Source: an uncultured Actinomycetota bacterium (GTDB taxonomy: Bacteria > Actinomycetota > Acidimicrobiia > Acidimicrobiales > Palsa-688). From it: a stretch of DNA of 32,000 nt. The stretch is from assembly GCA_963783945.1 (NCBI GenBank), contig CAWAPS010000005.1, positions 444,500 to 476,499 on the forward strand, written 5' to 3'. Of this stretch, positions 16,778 to 25,951 are shown piece after piece (position 1 is the first letter of the stretch; every line of letters starts with the position of its first letter). Below the pieces are notes generated by a model. That model worked only from the letters and a program-made list of their open reading frames with translations. It was not told where the DNA came from and searched no databases. The position numbers were made by a program, and so were the translations under genes.

Positions 16778-17280
16778 AGGTCCTCGATCCGCGGATGTCT
16801 GGGATCGAACTCTATCGAGGGTCAGCGAATCGTCAACCGCCCGAGCCGGCACACCTCAACGGCGACATCACCGCCACGGCCACCCAAACCTGAGAAACGA
16901 AGCCGGACAAGCGATCTGCAGGGCTGACACCAGTTGACCGCCCAGACGGACCATGCCGATCGACGGCCCGGGCGTGACCGTCCGGTCGGGGCTTTGGCTC
17001 CGAACGTGCGCTCATGAAACTGTCGTCGGCGACACATCCAAACTGTCTCGAAAGGCCCGCTCACAGACCGGAGTGTTATGGCAGCCCCTCTTCGAAGCGC
17101 GTTCGTGACTCGTGTTAGACAGTCTTGAGGGGGATGCGGGTGCGGGCATTGCTGGCCGGGTGTAGTGTGTTTCCGGCACGGTGAATCCCGGTCGTGTTGG
17201 GTCAGCTTCGGCTGGCCCGGGAGCGATGCTCCGGACCCTGGTAGCGCGTGATTGGCAGCGCCTAATGCCAGGAGAGTCCT

Positions 17281-17646
17281 ATGTCCGGAGTCAAGTTCTC
17301 GCCCGGGAGTGCTTCGCGTCGAGGCCCGACGGTGTTCTCTAGGTGCGACGCTGATCACGGTGTCGTGTGGGTTCGAGGCGCTCAGGACGTATCCACCGTG
17401 GGGGCGCTGTGCATGACCGTGGCTCGAGCTATCGCCTTTGACGATGCCGACCTGGTCATCGATTTAAGCGAGGTGACCTTCATGGATGCGGCGACCGTCG
17501 CGGTGATGATCCGGGCCGAAGCGTTCCTCCGAGACCGCTCGCGGTACTTGACCCTTCGGTCGCTCTCGATCCACGCCCGGAGGCTCCTGGGCACGGGTGG
17601 TTTGGCGGAGCTGGTCGATTCACGGCCTGCAACTGCAACGAGGTGA
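17281..17646 (+). CDS. STAS domain protein (anti-sigma factor antagonist-like)
   Basis: AGGAGA lies before the ATG. The layout is SpoIIAA-like (DLVIDLSEVTFMDAATVAVMIRAEAFLRDRSRYLTLRSLSIHARRLL). Confidence 0.75.
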   Translation: MSGVKFSPGSASRRGPTVFSRCDADHGVVWVRGAQDVSTVGALCMTVARAIAFDDADLVIDLSEVTFMDAATVAVMIRAEAFLRDRSRYLTLRSLSIHARRLLGTGGLAELVDSRPATATR

Positions 17647-17761
17647 TCAGAACCGCGGGGGCGCTCGCTAGCTTGGTGGAGGTGCCCACGGCCGGAGGGG
17701 CCGACCACGTGGCCAGCGGCCCTCGCCGCAGCCGTGCCGCGGTGGGAACCGGGCCGGCCGC

Positions 17762-18136
17762 GTGACTTCCCCGAGGGGCGGGGCCCCGGCCGACGCTCAC
17801 CACCCGGCAGAAGAACACACCACGAGCGGCCGAGGAGGCCTGGACCTGTCGGCATCTCAGATCGGTACCGTCACCGCCGGATCTCGCCCCTCGACGGCTC
17901 ACGACTCGGCGGTGCTGGCGACGATCGCGGCCGCCTATGACCTGGGCGCCAAGTCAGGGTCGGTCAGTCTTCGCTCCCATGACCTTCTACGCCAGCTGCA
18001 CCGCAGCGCCAGCGTGCTGCGGGAAGCGACCGCACGCGTCGAGAAGGAGGTGCGAACCCACCCCGATGCCGGCCCCGCCCGTAACGCGCTCGCGCTGCTC
18101 GACGAGGTCCGCCAGATCGGAATCTTTTACGATTGA
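17762..18136 (+). CDS. hypothetical protein (start uncertain)
   Basis: The C-terminal ~80 codons have high GC3 and helical-looking sequence (LLRQLHRSASVLREATARVEKEVRTHPDAGPARNALALLDEVRQIG). The N-terminal part is low-complexity. Confidence 0.45.
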   Translation: MTSPRGGAPADAHHPAEEHTTSGRGGLDLSASQIGTVTAGSRPSTAHDSAVLATIAAAYDLGAKSGSVSLRSHDLLRQLHRSASVLREATARVEKEVRTHPDAGPARNALALLDEVRQIGIFYD

Positions 18137-18281
18137 AGGCATGTAAACCCAGAGCTAGATATTCATCTATCGGCGGCGTGATGTCGGGTGATCATCGTCC
18201 GGGGATTCGGGATTTGCCGTCGGCTGATCGAGCAGGTGGGCAGCCAGAAGGCCAACGACGCGGTGGACGTGGCTCTCCAAG

Positions 18282-19166
18282 TCATCGATAGGCGGTCACC
18301 CGTCCATTGTTGCTGTGGGGGGTCGGAATGGTGTGTCGGGCGAGGAGCCAGTCGAGGGCGTTGTTGACGGCCGGGAGGGCCTTCTGGTCGAAGGCGTGGC
18401 CCATGCCGGGTACCAGATCGAGGCGACGGTGTGGGGAGTTGCAGGCTTGGTAGATGGCCTGGGCATCGGTCGTCGGGATGTAGCGGTCCTGGTCGCCGTG
18501 GACTATGGCGACGGGAACCACGATGCAACGGACCAGCTCGGCGGGGAATGGGGGGGCATCCCAGGTCGGGGCTATTCGAATGTGGAGGTGATGTTTGGCG
18601 ATTTGACGGCCGAGACGGGTGCGGGCGAGCCCGATCACCAGGGCGCCGGGGGCCGAGCGGGGGGTTCGCCAGGTTGCCGGGGCGCTGATACTGACCACAC
18701 CCGTCAACTCGTTGTCGCCTGAGGCGGCATAACGCAAGGCCGCGACAGCACCCATGGATGCCCCCACCAACACCACATTGAGCCCGGTCCGCTTGGCCCT
18801 GGCCACGGCCGCGGCGATGTCGTAGGACTCGAGGTCGCCGAGCGCGCATTGGCCTTCGGAGCGTCCATGGCCTCGAGAGTCGTAGGACACCACATCGAAT
18901 CCGGCGCCCCGGAGGGCCTCGGCTTGGCGCACGACCGCCACGTTGTCGCATGATCCGGCGAAGCCGTGCGCCAGTACGACTACGGCGCGTGCTGTTTCTG
19001 CCGACCAATACCGCCAGTGCAGCTTGACGCCGTCTGCGGTTATGAGCGCCTTGCTCGAATCTCGATCTGGCCCCGTGCCGGGCCACGCTGGGGTGAGCCT
19101 GCGGTGGCCGGCCTGGTGCCAGCGGTCGTTCCCAACGTCATGCCCTCGCTCACTGCCGGCTATCAC
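18282..19166 (-). CDS. alpha/beta hydrolase
   Basis: GTG at 19166 lies 5 nt after GGAGG. Contains HGFAGS, the nucleophile GASMG, and the HGDQDRYIP and GMGHAF motifs. Confidence 0.8.
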   Translation of the reverse strand: MIAGSERGHDVGNDRWHQAGHRRLTPAWPGTGPDRDSSKALITADGVKLHWRYWSAETARAVVVLAHGFAGSCDNVAVVRQAEALRGAGFDVVSYDSRGHGRSEGQCALGDLESYDIAAAVARAKRTGLNVVLVGASMGAVAALRYAASGDNELTGVVSISAPATWRTPRSAPGALVIGLARTRLGRQIAKHHLHIRIAPTWDAPPFPAELVRCIVVPVAIVHGDQDRYIPTTDAQAIYQACNSPHRRLDLVPGMGHAFDQKALPAVNNALDWLLARHTIPTPHSNNGRVTAYR

Positions 19167-19685
19167 TTTGACCTCCAAGCATTCGTCGGCGAATCGTGCC
19201 TGGGGAAAAAGGGGCCGGTTGAACTCCGCCGGGGTCCGGGGCGGCACGAAACAACTGTTACCACTATCGCAAATCGAATGGTCCCCCGCAACCGCAGACA
19301 GCGTTCAAACCGTCGCTGTCAGCGTATATGTAGTGAGCAGTGTCCTACGGCCGGGATGGGTCGGGACCGGAACCCAAGATGGAGGCGCCTCGGGCCTCCT
19401 TGTCAGACCGACCTGAGGAACTGGCGTTCCCGGCGTAAGGGTCTCCTCTTCTTAACCGATTCGAGTAGATCGCACGTAGTTGAGCCTGGTCAGGGTCGAA
19501 GCCTGGCCCGCGGATCACCGCCGGCACCCGCCGCCCGGGTAGTCGGACCGTCACAGAAAGTGGACCCGTCGAGTGATGGTGTGACTACTGCGGTACTCTC
19601 GGGTGGTTCGACGGGAGCGGCCCCGCTCCCGGCGTTGCTCCGGTCCCTGGTGACGCACCAAGAGCGATTTCACCAGGAGGGAGCG

Positions 19686-20696
19686 ATGCCGCTACCCACC
19701 ACGACCGGGTTGGCCAACGACTACGGTCTACTAGCCGGTCGAATCGGCGACGCGACTTTGCTGCGCCGCCGGCCCGCCTACTACGTCACCAAGATGGCGC
19801 TTACCATCGTCGCCTTCGTCGGGGGCTGGGTGGCGCTGTTCGCGGTGGGTGATTCCTGGGCTTCTCTGGGCATCGCCGCACTTCTTGCTTTCCTGTCGAC
19901 CCAAGTGGTGTTCTTCGGCCACGACGCCGGCCATCAGCAAATATTCACATCCTGCCAGGCCAACCGCAGGGTCGGGCTCGTAGTCGCGAACGTGCTGTCC
20001 GGACTGAGCTTTGGATGGTGGGTGCCCAAGCACAACGCCCATCACGCTCACCCGAACGTCATCGGCCGAGACCCTGACATCGGCGACGGAACCGTGGCCC
20101 TAGCCTTCAGCACTGAGACCGTACGCAACCGCCACGGCGCCAGCCGGGTTATGGCTCGCTACCAGGCGTGGCTGTTCTTTCCCCTTCTCCTGCTCGAAGG
20201 GGTCGGACTGCACATCTCGGGCGTTCACGATCTGCTCCGGCGACGGGATCGTTCCGCCGCCGTCGAGGGAATGCTGCTCGGCCTCCACTCCGTGCTGTAC
20301 GTCACCGCCGTAATCTGGGTGCTGTCACCGCTTCGGGCCCTGGCTTTCGTGGCCGTCCAGCAGGGACTCTTCGGCCTGTACCTCGGGTGCACGTTCGCGC
20401 CCAACCACAAGGGCATGCCAGTCTTAGTCGACGACTCGGACCTGGGATTCGTCCGCCGCCAGATCATCACCAGCCGGAACGTAACTGGTGGCCCCCTGAT
20501 CGCCTTCCTGTTCGGCGGGCTCAACTATCAGATCGAACATCACCTCTTCCCCGCCATGCCTCGCCCCAACCTGCCAAAAGCGCGAGCTATCATCCAGATG
20601 TTCTGCGCTGATCACGACATCACCTATCACGAATCCAGCGTCTTCGGCTCCTACCGCCAGGCGCTCGGCTATCTCAACATGGTGGGGGCGGGCTAG
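19686..20696 (+). CDS. membrane fatty acid desaturase (second, different subfamily)
   Basis: ATG at 19686 after AGGAGGGA. His boxes HDAGHQQ, HNAHHAHPN and QIEHHLFP. The 240 upstream codons of ORF 18966..20696 overlap the divergent hydrolase gene and look non-coding. Confidence 0.85.
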   Translation: MPLPTTTGLANDYGLLAGRIGDATLLRRRPAYYVTKMALTIVAFVGGWVALFAVGDSWASLGIAALLAFLSTQVVFFGHDAGHQQIFTSCQANRRVGLVVANVLSGLSFGWWVPKHNAHHAHPNVIGRDPDIGDGTVALAFSTETVRNRHGASRVMARYQAWLFFPLLLLEGVGLHISGVHDLLRRRDRSAAVEGMLLGLHSVLYVTAVIWVLSPLRALAFVAVQQGLFGLYLGCTFAPNHKGMPVLVDDSDLGFVRRQIITSRNVTGGPLIAFLFGGLNYQIEHHLFPAMPRPNLPKARAIIQMFCADHDITYHESSVFGSYRQALGYLNMVGAG

Positions 20697-20822
20697 AGCC
20701 GCTCGAGAACAGCCTCCGAACAAGCGGACCAGATCCTCCGTCCTGATGGCTGACGCGGCACCTCGCAACATGACGGTCGTGGATCTCGTAGGCATTGGTG
20801 ACGCGGCACATTGGACGAATCG

Positions 20823-21563
20823 TCAGGGCCGGGCCGTCGGGGTGGTAGGGGCCCATGCGGCGGGATCGAGGGTGCCGTCGATCGAGGCTTGGGCGACATC
20901 GGTAAGACGCAGATTGTGGTTCCGGGCGTAACGCCGTAAACGGGAGAACGCTTCGGCCAAGTCGACGCCGGCCCGTTCAGCCATCACGCCTTTCGCTTGC
21001 TCGATCACGACACGGCTCTCCAGGGCGCGGGTGAGCTGTTCGTTGACGCGTTGGGTTTCGAGCACGGCCCGGTGCTGAACGATGCCTATGGTAGCCAGGT
21101 CGGCGAACGCTTGGGCCACGACCACGTCGGCGTCGTCCATGGGGGCCTCCTCGACCGCGAACAGGTTCAGGGCGCCGATGGTTGCGTGCCGCAGCCGCAG
21201 CGGCAGCGCGAAGACCGAGCCGAAGCCGGCCTCTAAAGCAGCCGCCGAGAACCGGGGCCAGCGGCCGGTACCGGCGCGCAGGTTCTCATGTTCGATGCGC
21301 TGGCCGGTATGGAAGGCGTCCAGGCAGGGGCCTTCGTCGGCCTGCAGCTCGAACAGTTCCAGGATCCGCATGGCCTCGTTGGATGAGGCCATCAACCGCA
21401 ACTCACCGTCGGGGGAGGCCAGCATCACTCCGGCTGCGGACACGCCGAGCAGCTTCACACAGCGGTCTGCCAGGCCGGTGAGTAGCTCCACCACGTCGAA
21501 GTCTTCCACCAGGGTGTCGGCTAGCTCGACGAGCATCTGCACGACGGAGGACTCTCGGGTCAT
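20823..21563 (-). CDS. GAF-ANTAR domain RNA-binding regulator
   Basis: AAGGAGGG lies before the ATG. GAF core (EGPCLDAFHTGQ), then ANTAR (ALESRVVIEQAKGVMAERAGVDLAEAFSRLRRYARNHNLRLTDVAQ). Confidence 0.85.
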   Translation of the reverse strand: MTRESSVVQMLVELADTLVEDFDVVELLTGLADRCVKLLGVSAAGVMLASPDGELRLMASSNEAMRILELFELQADEGPCLDAFHTGQRIEHENLRAGTGRWPRFSAAALEAGFGSVFALPLRLRHATIGALNLFAVEEAPMDDADVVVAQAFADLATIGIVQHRAVLETQRVNEQLTRALESRVVIEQAKGVMAERAGVDLAEAFSRLRRYARNHNLRLTDVAQASIDGTLDPAAWAPTTPTARP

Positions 21564-21686
21564 CTCATCCTGCCCTCCTTAGCCTTGGGCGATTCGCCGA
21601 GGTCGCCGGGCCCCGGCGCGAAGCTGTATCTCGCTCAACCATGCTACGCCGTGCCCCGACTTGTCGCAGGCGGGGGACGGGCCTGT

Positions 21687-22382
21687 TCATGAGAACCGCA
21701 GCGTGCGGTCCACGACCTCTTGGGCCACGTCGTGGAGCAGGCGATCGTGGCTGAACGCGTACGCTCGTAGATGGATGAGTGCTTCGCCGACACTCACCCC
21801 TAGCTGGACGGCCACCATGCCGGCGGCGTTGTGCACCACGAAGCGGAAGTCGGCGCCGAACTCCAATTCCCTGGCCAACCCGCCCGGGGGTGCCGCGGCT
21901 TGGACGTCGAGCACCCAACGGGCGGCGACGTCGGCCATTACCAACGCGTCGGCGTGCTGGCCGTCGCTCAAGGGTCCGGGCCGGTCCCGATACAAGTTCA
22001 AGGCGCCGAGGCGGACAGTGCCCACCCGCAGCGGGAACCCGAAGACGGCCCGCGCTCCCGCCTCTACCGCCGGTGGCGTGAAGGCCAACCAGCGAGGGCT
22101 GGCAGGGTCAGCCAGGTCGGGCTCGAGCACCACGTCGTTGTACCGGTAAGCGTCCACGCACGGACCCTCACCCAGGGTGAACTGCAACTCCTCGATCAGG
22201 TTGCTCACCTGGTTTGTCGAGCACAACGATCCCCGGGGTATCTCGCCCGACATCAACATGACCCCTGTGCCCGTGATACCGATGACATGTGCGCCCACCT
22301 CGCACAGCCGAGCCGCCGCCGGCCGGCCGTCGTCACCCGCGGACAGTTCATCCAAGATACGCCGCAGCCGCTCACCCGCCAT
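21687..22382 (-). CDS. GAF-ANTAR domain RNA-binding regulator
   Basis: GAF core (GEGPCVDAYRYND, FGFPLRVGTVRLGALNLY), then an ANTAR-like C-terminus (VVHNAAGMVAVQLGVSVGEALIHLRAYAFSHDRLLHDVAQEVV). Confidence 0.8.
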   Translation of the reverse strand: MAGERLRRILDELSAGDDGRPAAARLCEVGAHVIGITGTGVMLMSGEIPRGSLCSTNQVSNLIEELQFTLGEGPCVDAYRYNDVVLEPDLADPASPRWLAFTPPAVEAGARAVFGFPLRVGTVRLGALNLYRDRPGPLSDGQHADALVMADVAARWVLDVQAAAPPGGLARELEFGADFRFVVHNAAGMVAVQLGVSVGEALIHLRAYAFSHDRLLHDVAQEVVDRTLRFS

Positions 22383-22789
22383 TCGATGACCTCAATCCCA
22401 GCGGTGAAGGCCGGTGCCAAGCACCGTCCTGATCGCCCACCGGCTCCCTCCTTGACTCGAGCAGGGGACCGTGCCAGCAGGGACTGGACCAGATGTGTAC
22501 CCAGGGCCAAAAAACACCGGCCCTCGCCCACGACACTACTCACGCAATGACCTTCGCGGCCAACACCCCGTCACCAACCCACGAAAACAGACCCCGTGGC
22601 CGCGCCGGACCAGGCAACACATCGAAAAGCCGATCTGTCTCGCCATTCCCCCCAGCGAGCCGCGGAGATAGCCGCCTCGTAGGGGCGGGGCAGCGGGCTG
22701 ACCTCGTGGTTTCCTCGTCCAGGGTCCGTCGGCGAACCGACTCTCACAGGTCGAAGATGCGATATCGCGTCGTCGGGCGTCGGGGGCGA

Positions 22790-22937
22790 CGAAGCGGCTG
22801 GAGGGGGCCGAGAAGCGGGCGAGTTGTACGGCCGTGAGGTCGGCGCTTTCGACTTCGAAGGCCGCGGTGGCTTGCCCGACCAGTATTTGGCCGGCGGCTG
22901 TGATGCGACCGATCGAGGTCAGTCGAGCATCCATTCG
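22790..22937 (-). pseudogene. possible MarR-family C-terminal remnant
   Basis: Within ORF 22536..22970, DARLTSIGRITAAGQILVGQATAAFEVESADLTAVQLARF resembles the wing and dimerisation helix of MarR proteins. No N-terminal half is present. This is a weak call. Confidence 0.25.
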
Positions 22938-22960
22938 ACCGGGTGCTCGCCATCGGGCTG

Positions 22961-23548
22961 TTAGGTGCACGCCGAGCCGGTCTGGAGGCTGCGGTGCAGG
23001 TGCCGGCCGATCGGTTCGTCAACTGCGCTGATCCGGTCGATGGCTGTGGTGAGGGCTTTGGTGGCGGCAACTCGGGCACGTTCACGTCTGGAGCCGACGG
23101 CGCGCTCCCTTCCCCCAAGGCCGGTCGCGGCCATGAGTTCCTCAACCAGCGCATTCCGCTCTGCTTCCAGCGCTTCTCGGCGGGCGGGGTCGGACCAGGC
23201 GTCGGCCTCGGTGATGTCGGCGTCGAGCTCCTTGAGTCGACTCCGGTAGGACTCGAGGGCTGCCGGGTCGAGGACCGAACCGAGTCCGGGCTGCTCGACG
23301 GTGCCTGCGCCAGCTGTGACCAGGTCGATAGCCGCCACAGGTAGGCCGGGTCGGCGCAGCAACTCTCGCAGGTACGAGTAGCCCTTGAGCGCCTTCACCG
23401 GTACGGACTGGGATTCCGTTCCGACCAGCCAGAATCCGTAGCCGGTGGGGCTGAGCCGCAGAGTGGTCGATGGGGCGGGGCCCGGCGGTTGCCAACGGGA
23501 GAGCCGGTCCCGCCACCAGGAGGCGCCGAGCCTGGTGTAGGTGGCCAA
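22961..23548 (-). CDS. conserved hypothetical protein (family ending ...ERARVxxTKAxxxAIxRI...HL...TG..C)
   Basis: High GC3. The pattern KALKGYSYLRELLRRPGLPVAAIDLV ... YRSRLKELDADITEAD ... GLGGRERAVGSRRERARVAATKALTTAIDRI is one I recognise as recurrent in actinobacteria. The start (TTG at 23548) is uncertain. Confidence 0.5.
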   Translation of the reverse strand: MATYTRLGASWWRDRLSRWQPPGPAPSTTLRLSPTGYGFWLVGTESQSVPVKALKGYSYLRELLRRPGLPVAAIDLVTAGAGTVEQPGLGSVLDPAALESYRSRLKELDADITEADAWSDPARREALEAERNALVEELMAATGLGGRERAVGSRRERARVAATKALTTAIDRISAVDEPIGRHLHRSLQTGSACT

Positions 23549-23579
23549 GGCCGACTCTCGGCGGATGGCGGCCGTTGAT

Positions 23580-23789
23580 CCGCTCGACTCGCACCTGTCC
23601 GGCGCAGGGATGGCCGCTTACCCGCACGGCCATGGCCTCCTCGGCGGTCGCCGTCTGCAGCCGCCACTGAGGCAAGGACAAGTCCACGAACAGGTCCGGG
23701 GCGAAAAGTCCGTCGGGAGCGGTGCCGGTTTCGAGGAATTCGATGATCCCGGCGACCGCCACGTTGGTGTGGAGCGGGGCCGTGGTCAT
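23580..23789 (-). pseudogene. truncated NTF2/SnoaL-like gene
   Basis: MTTAPLHTNVAVAGIIEFLETGTAPDGLFAPDLFVDLSLPQWRLQTATAEEAMAVRVSGHPCAGQVRVERI, then the frame degenerates into Arg/Pro-rich sequence. The expected C-terminal half is absent. Confidence 0.35.
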
Positions 23790-23799
23790 TGCTGCCCCC

Positions 23800-24163
23800 C
23801 GCTTCGGCCAGGTTGCGCCGGACGACGGCCACGGTCTCGTCGAGGTCCTCAGAGGGGCTGAACTCCACGACCGACGTGCCCGCCGTGATCAGGGGGAGAT
23901 GCCCAGGCGCCGCGTAGTAAGCGTCGCCGGCCACGTAAGTCTCCTCCCGATCGGTCCACCGGAAAGTGATCTGACCTTCGGTGACCACGACCCAGTGCTC
24001 ACACTGGCACCGATCGTAGGGCGGCCGACGAAGAACGGGGCAGGGTCGGCATCCTGTTTAAAGGTTTCGAACGCCACCGTATAGCCTGCAAGAGGGGCGT
24101 ATCGAGCTGAATCATTTCGAGATGTACGGCTACCGGTGTGCTCATCTTGCTGGCACTGCGCAT
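23800..24163 (-). pseudogene. cupin-domain gene interrupted by two frame changes
   Basis: AGGAGG lies before the ATG at 24163 (MRSASKMSTPVAVHLEMI). The second segment is in another frame (ARYAPLAGYTVAFETFKQDADPAPFFVGRP), with the switch near 24105-24125. The third segment is in a third frame (YDRCQCEHWVVVTEGQITFRWTDREETYVAGDAYYAAPGHLPLITAGTSVVEFSP), with the switch near 24015-24030. Confidence 0.55.
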
Positions 24164-24484
24164 GGGGTCCTCCTGAGCGGATGTACACCGGACACCCCAA
24201 AGGCGTAACTGCCGAGGGAACAGCGCAACCACCGAAGTTACGAACTGGCCTGCCCCCTTAAGGCGGAGTCCCGTACGAGGCGCTGGCGGGACCGGGACCC
24301 CGTGCCTGCGCGGGGCCCTTCCTCGGCCGATACTGCGCTTGGTGACCCGCTTCCGGTTCGAGGCCGCGATTAGCCCGTGTTCGGGCCACCCGGGCGTCCC
24401 GTGCCACGTGGCGCTCCACGCCACTAGGGGGGCTCGGGCCGAGTTGTCCCGTGCTCGTGATGCTCTAATAGATTTCTGCCCTGT

Positions 24485-24970
24485 ATGCCCACGCCTTCTG
24501 AGTACGCCACGGAGCTTGAGCGAGCGAACGAGGATGCCATGGCATTCGCACGATCGTGCTCACCGGAGGAGTGGGTGGCGGTCGTACAGGGTGAGGGCTG
24601 GCCCGTCTGTGTGGTTGTTCACCACCTCGCCGAAGGTTATGACCTCGTCTCGCGATGGATCGATTGCGCCCTCGCGGGTCATCCAATCGAGGACACCGAA
24701 GCGGCGATCGACGCCGCGAACCTTCGACACGCTCAGGAATTTGCCGGTGCGAGGATGGTAGAGACTGTCGAGTTGGTTCGGACAAAAGGCGCCGCCGCCG
24801 TAGCGAAGATCGGTCGGCTTGGCGAGTCCGATCTCGGGAAGACAGCAGCATTTGGTCCGGCAGGCGGTCAACACTTCAGCGTCGAGCAGTTCTGCATTGC
24901 GGCTGCGGGGCACGTGCGCAGCCACCTCGCCCGGGCACGGACTGCCGTCGGGCAGAACGCCGAGTCCTGA
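24485..24970 (+). CDS. DinB/mycothiol-dependent maleylpyruvate isomerase-like family protein
   Basis: 161 aa with DinB-like helices and conserved His positions (VVHHLAEGYDLVSRWI ... AAGHVRSHL). Confidence 0.7.
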   Translation: MPTPSEYATELERANEDAMAFARSCSPEEWVAVVQGEGWPVCVVVHHLAEGYDLVSRWIDCALAGHPIEDTEAAIDAANLRHAQEFAGARMVETVELVRTKGAAAVAKIGRLGESDLGKTAAFGPAGGQHFSVEQFCIAAAGHVRSHLARARTAVGQNAES

Positions 24971-25105
24971 CCCTTCGGGACCGGGCTCGCCCTCCCCTTG
25001 GAGCGGGTCTCAGTCGGCTCCGTTCACGACGTCGAAGTGGAGCAGAACAACACACACCAGCGCGGGATGGAAGAATGGTGCGAGGAGTCGCCGCCGAGCA
25101 GGGGG

Positions 25106-25519
25106 ATGTCGAGGATGTCGGACGAGGTGGTCTTCGAGACGGTGGCCCCAGTGATCCCGGTCTTAGACCTGGCCGAGGCCTTAGAGCGGTATCGCACCCT
25201 CGGTTTCGAGGTCAGGGCCTACGGTCACGGTACCGGATACGGATACGCCGATCGAGGCGGAGTGTCAATGCATCTCAGCGAGTGGGATGAGCACGATCCC
25301 AAGCGGACCGGGTCAGTCGTGTACATCTACGTGTCGGACGCCGACGCTGTCCGGGCGGAGTGGACGGCGTGTGGAGTCGAGGGACGCTTCGGCGAGGTCA
25401 GGGAGACAGAGTACGGGATGAGGGAGTTTGGCTACGTCGACCCGGACGGGACGCTTCACCGTGTCGGCTCGCGAGTCGACAAGCCATCGCGTGTTCCCGA
25501 TGTCCCGCCGCCGTCGTGA
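25106..25519 (+). CDS. VOC/glyoxalase-bleomycin resistance family protein
   Basis: VIPVLDLAEALERYRTLGFEV ... MHLSEW ... YGMREFGYVDPDGTLHRVGS. The start is chosen at an internal ATG (25106 or 25115). Confidence 0.75.
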   Translation: MSRMSDEVVFETVAPVIPVLDLAEALERYRTLGFEVRAYGHGTGYGYADRGGVSMHLSEWDEHDPKRTGSVVYIYVSDADAVRAEWTACGVEGRFGEVRETEYGMREFGYVDPDGTLHRVGSRVDKPSRVPDVPPPS

Positions 25520-25905
25520 CGGAAGAGATGTGAGATCGCCGAATCCGGCGCCGTGGACGGGATCAGTCTGCAGGCAACCGGGAGCGAGGGATGGCAAACC
25601 CAGCTATGCGCTGGCCCACTCGTTGTGCTCTTCGTCATCTCCCAGGAGTCGGCGCTTGAAGTTGTTGGGCGAAGTGGCATCGCCGTCCGCCGTTGAGCGT
25701 TAGCAGGAGGTCGGCGCCGGAAGCGGACCAGCCCCCCACCAGTCCGTTCTTCGGGCCAGCGGTCTTGCCTATCGACCGCCGGCGCCAAGGCAGTGTTGAG
25801 ACCAAGCTGACGCCCTGGCCGTTGACAATCCGTCGATGAGCGTCTGCCAGGTTTTTCCGGCCCGACATCATGGTCCGGGATCCCTCCGGGGTCGTCGTCG
25901 TCGAG

Positions 25906-25929
25906 TATATATGTGGTTGCACATATATA
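25906..25929. promoter_or_regulatory. perfect 10-bp inverted repeat, putative ArsR operator
   Basis: TATATATGTG-gttg-CACATATATA lies 23 bp upstream of the ArsR ATG. AGTATAT and CATATACT half-site-like sequences flank it. Confidence 0.5.
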
Positions 25930-25951
25930 TGTAAAGGCATATACTGGGGGC

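Noticed and set aside
18966-19685. N-terminal 240 codons of the 576-aa ORF 18966..20696
   Set aside because: This part overlaps the divergent hydrolase gene and is Arg-rich nonsense. Desaturase homology, a strong AGGAGGGA SD and an ATG all begin at 19686.
25600-25871. Possible minus-strand small gene divergent from the ArsR operon, starting ATGATG at 25871/25868
   Set aside because: Protein-like stretches appear in two different frames (GKTAGPKNGLVGGWSASGADLLL, and DGDATSPNNFKRRLLGDDEEHNEWASA ending at about 25607). No RBS or family is recognised. It is possibly another decayed gene, but the evidence is too weak to annotate.
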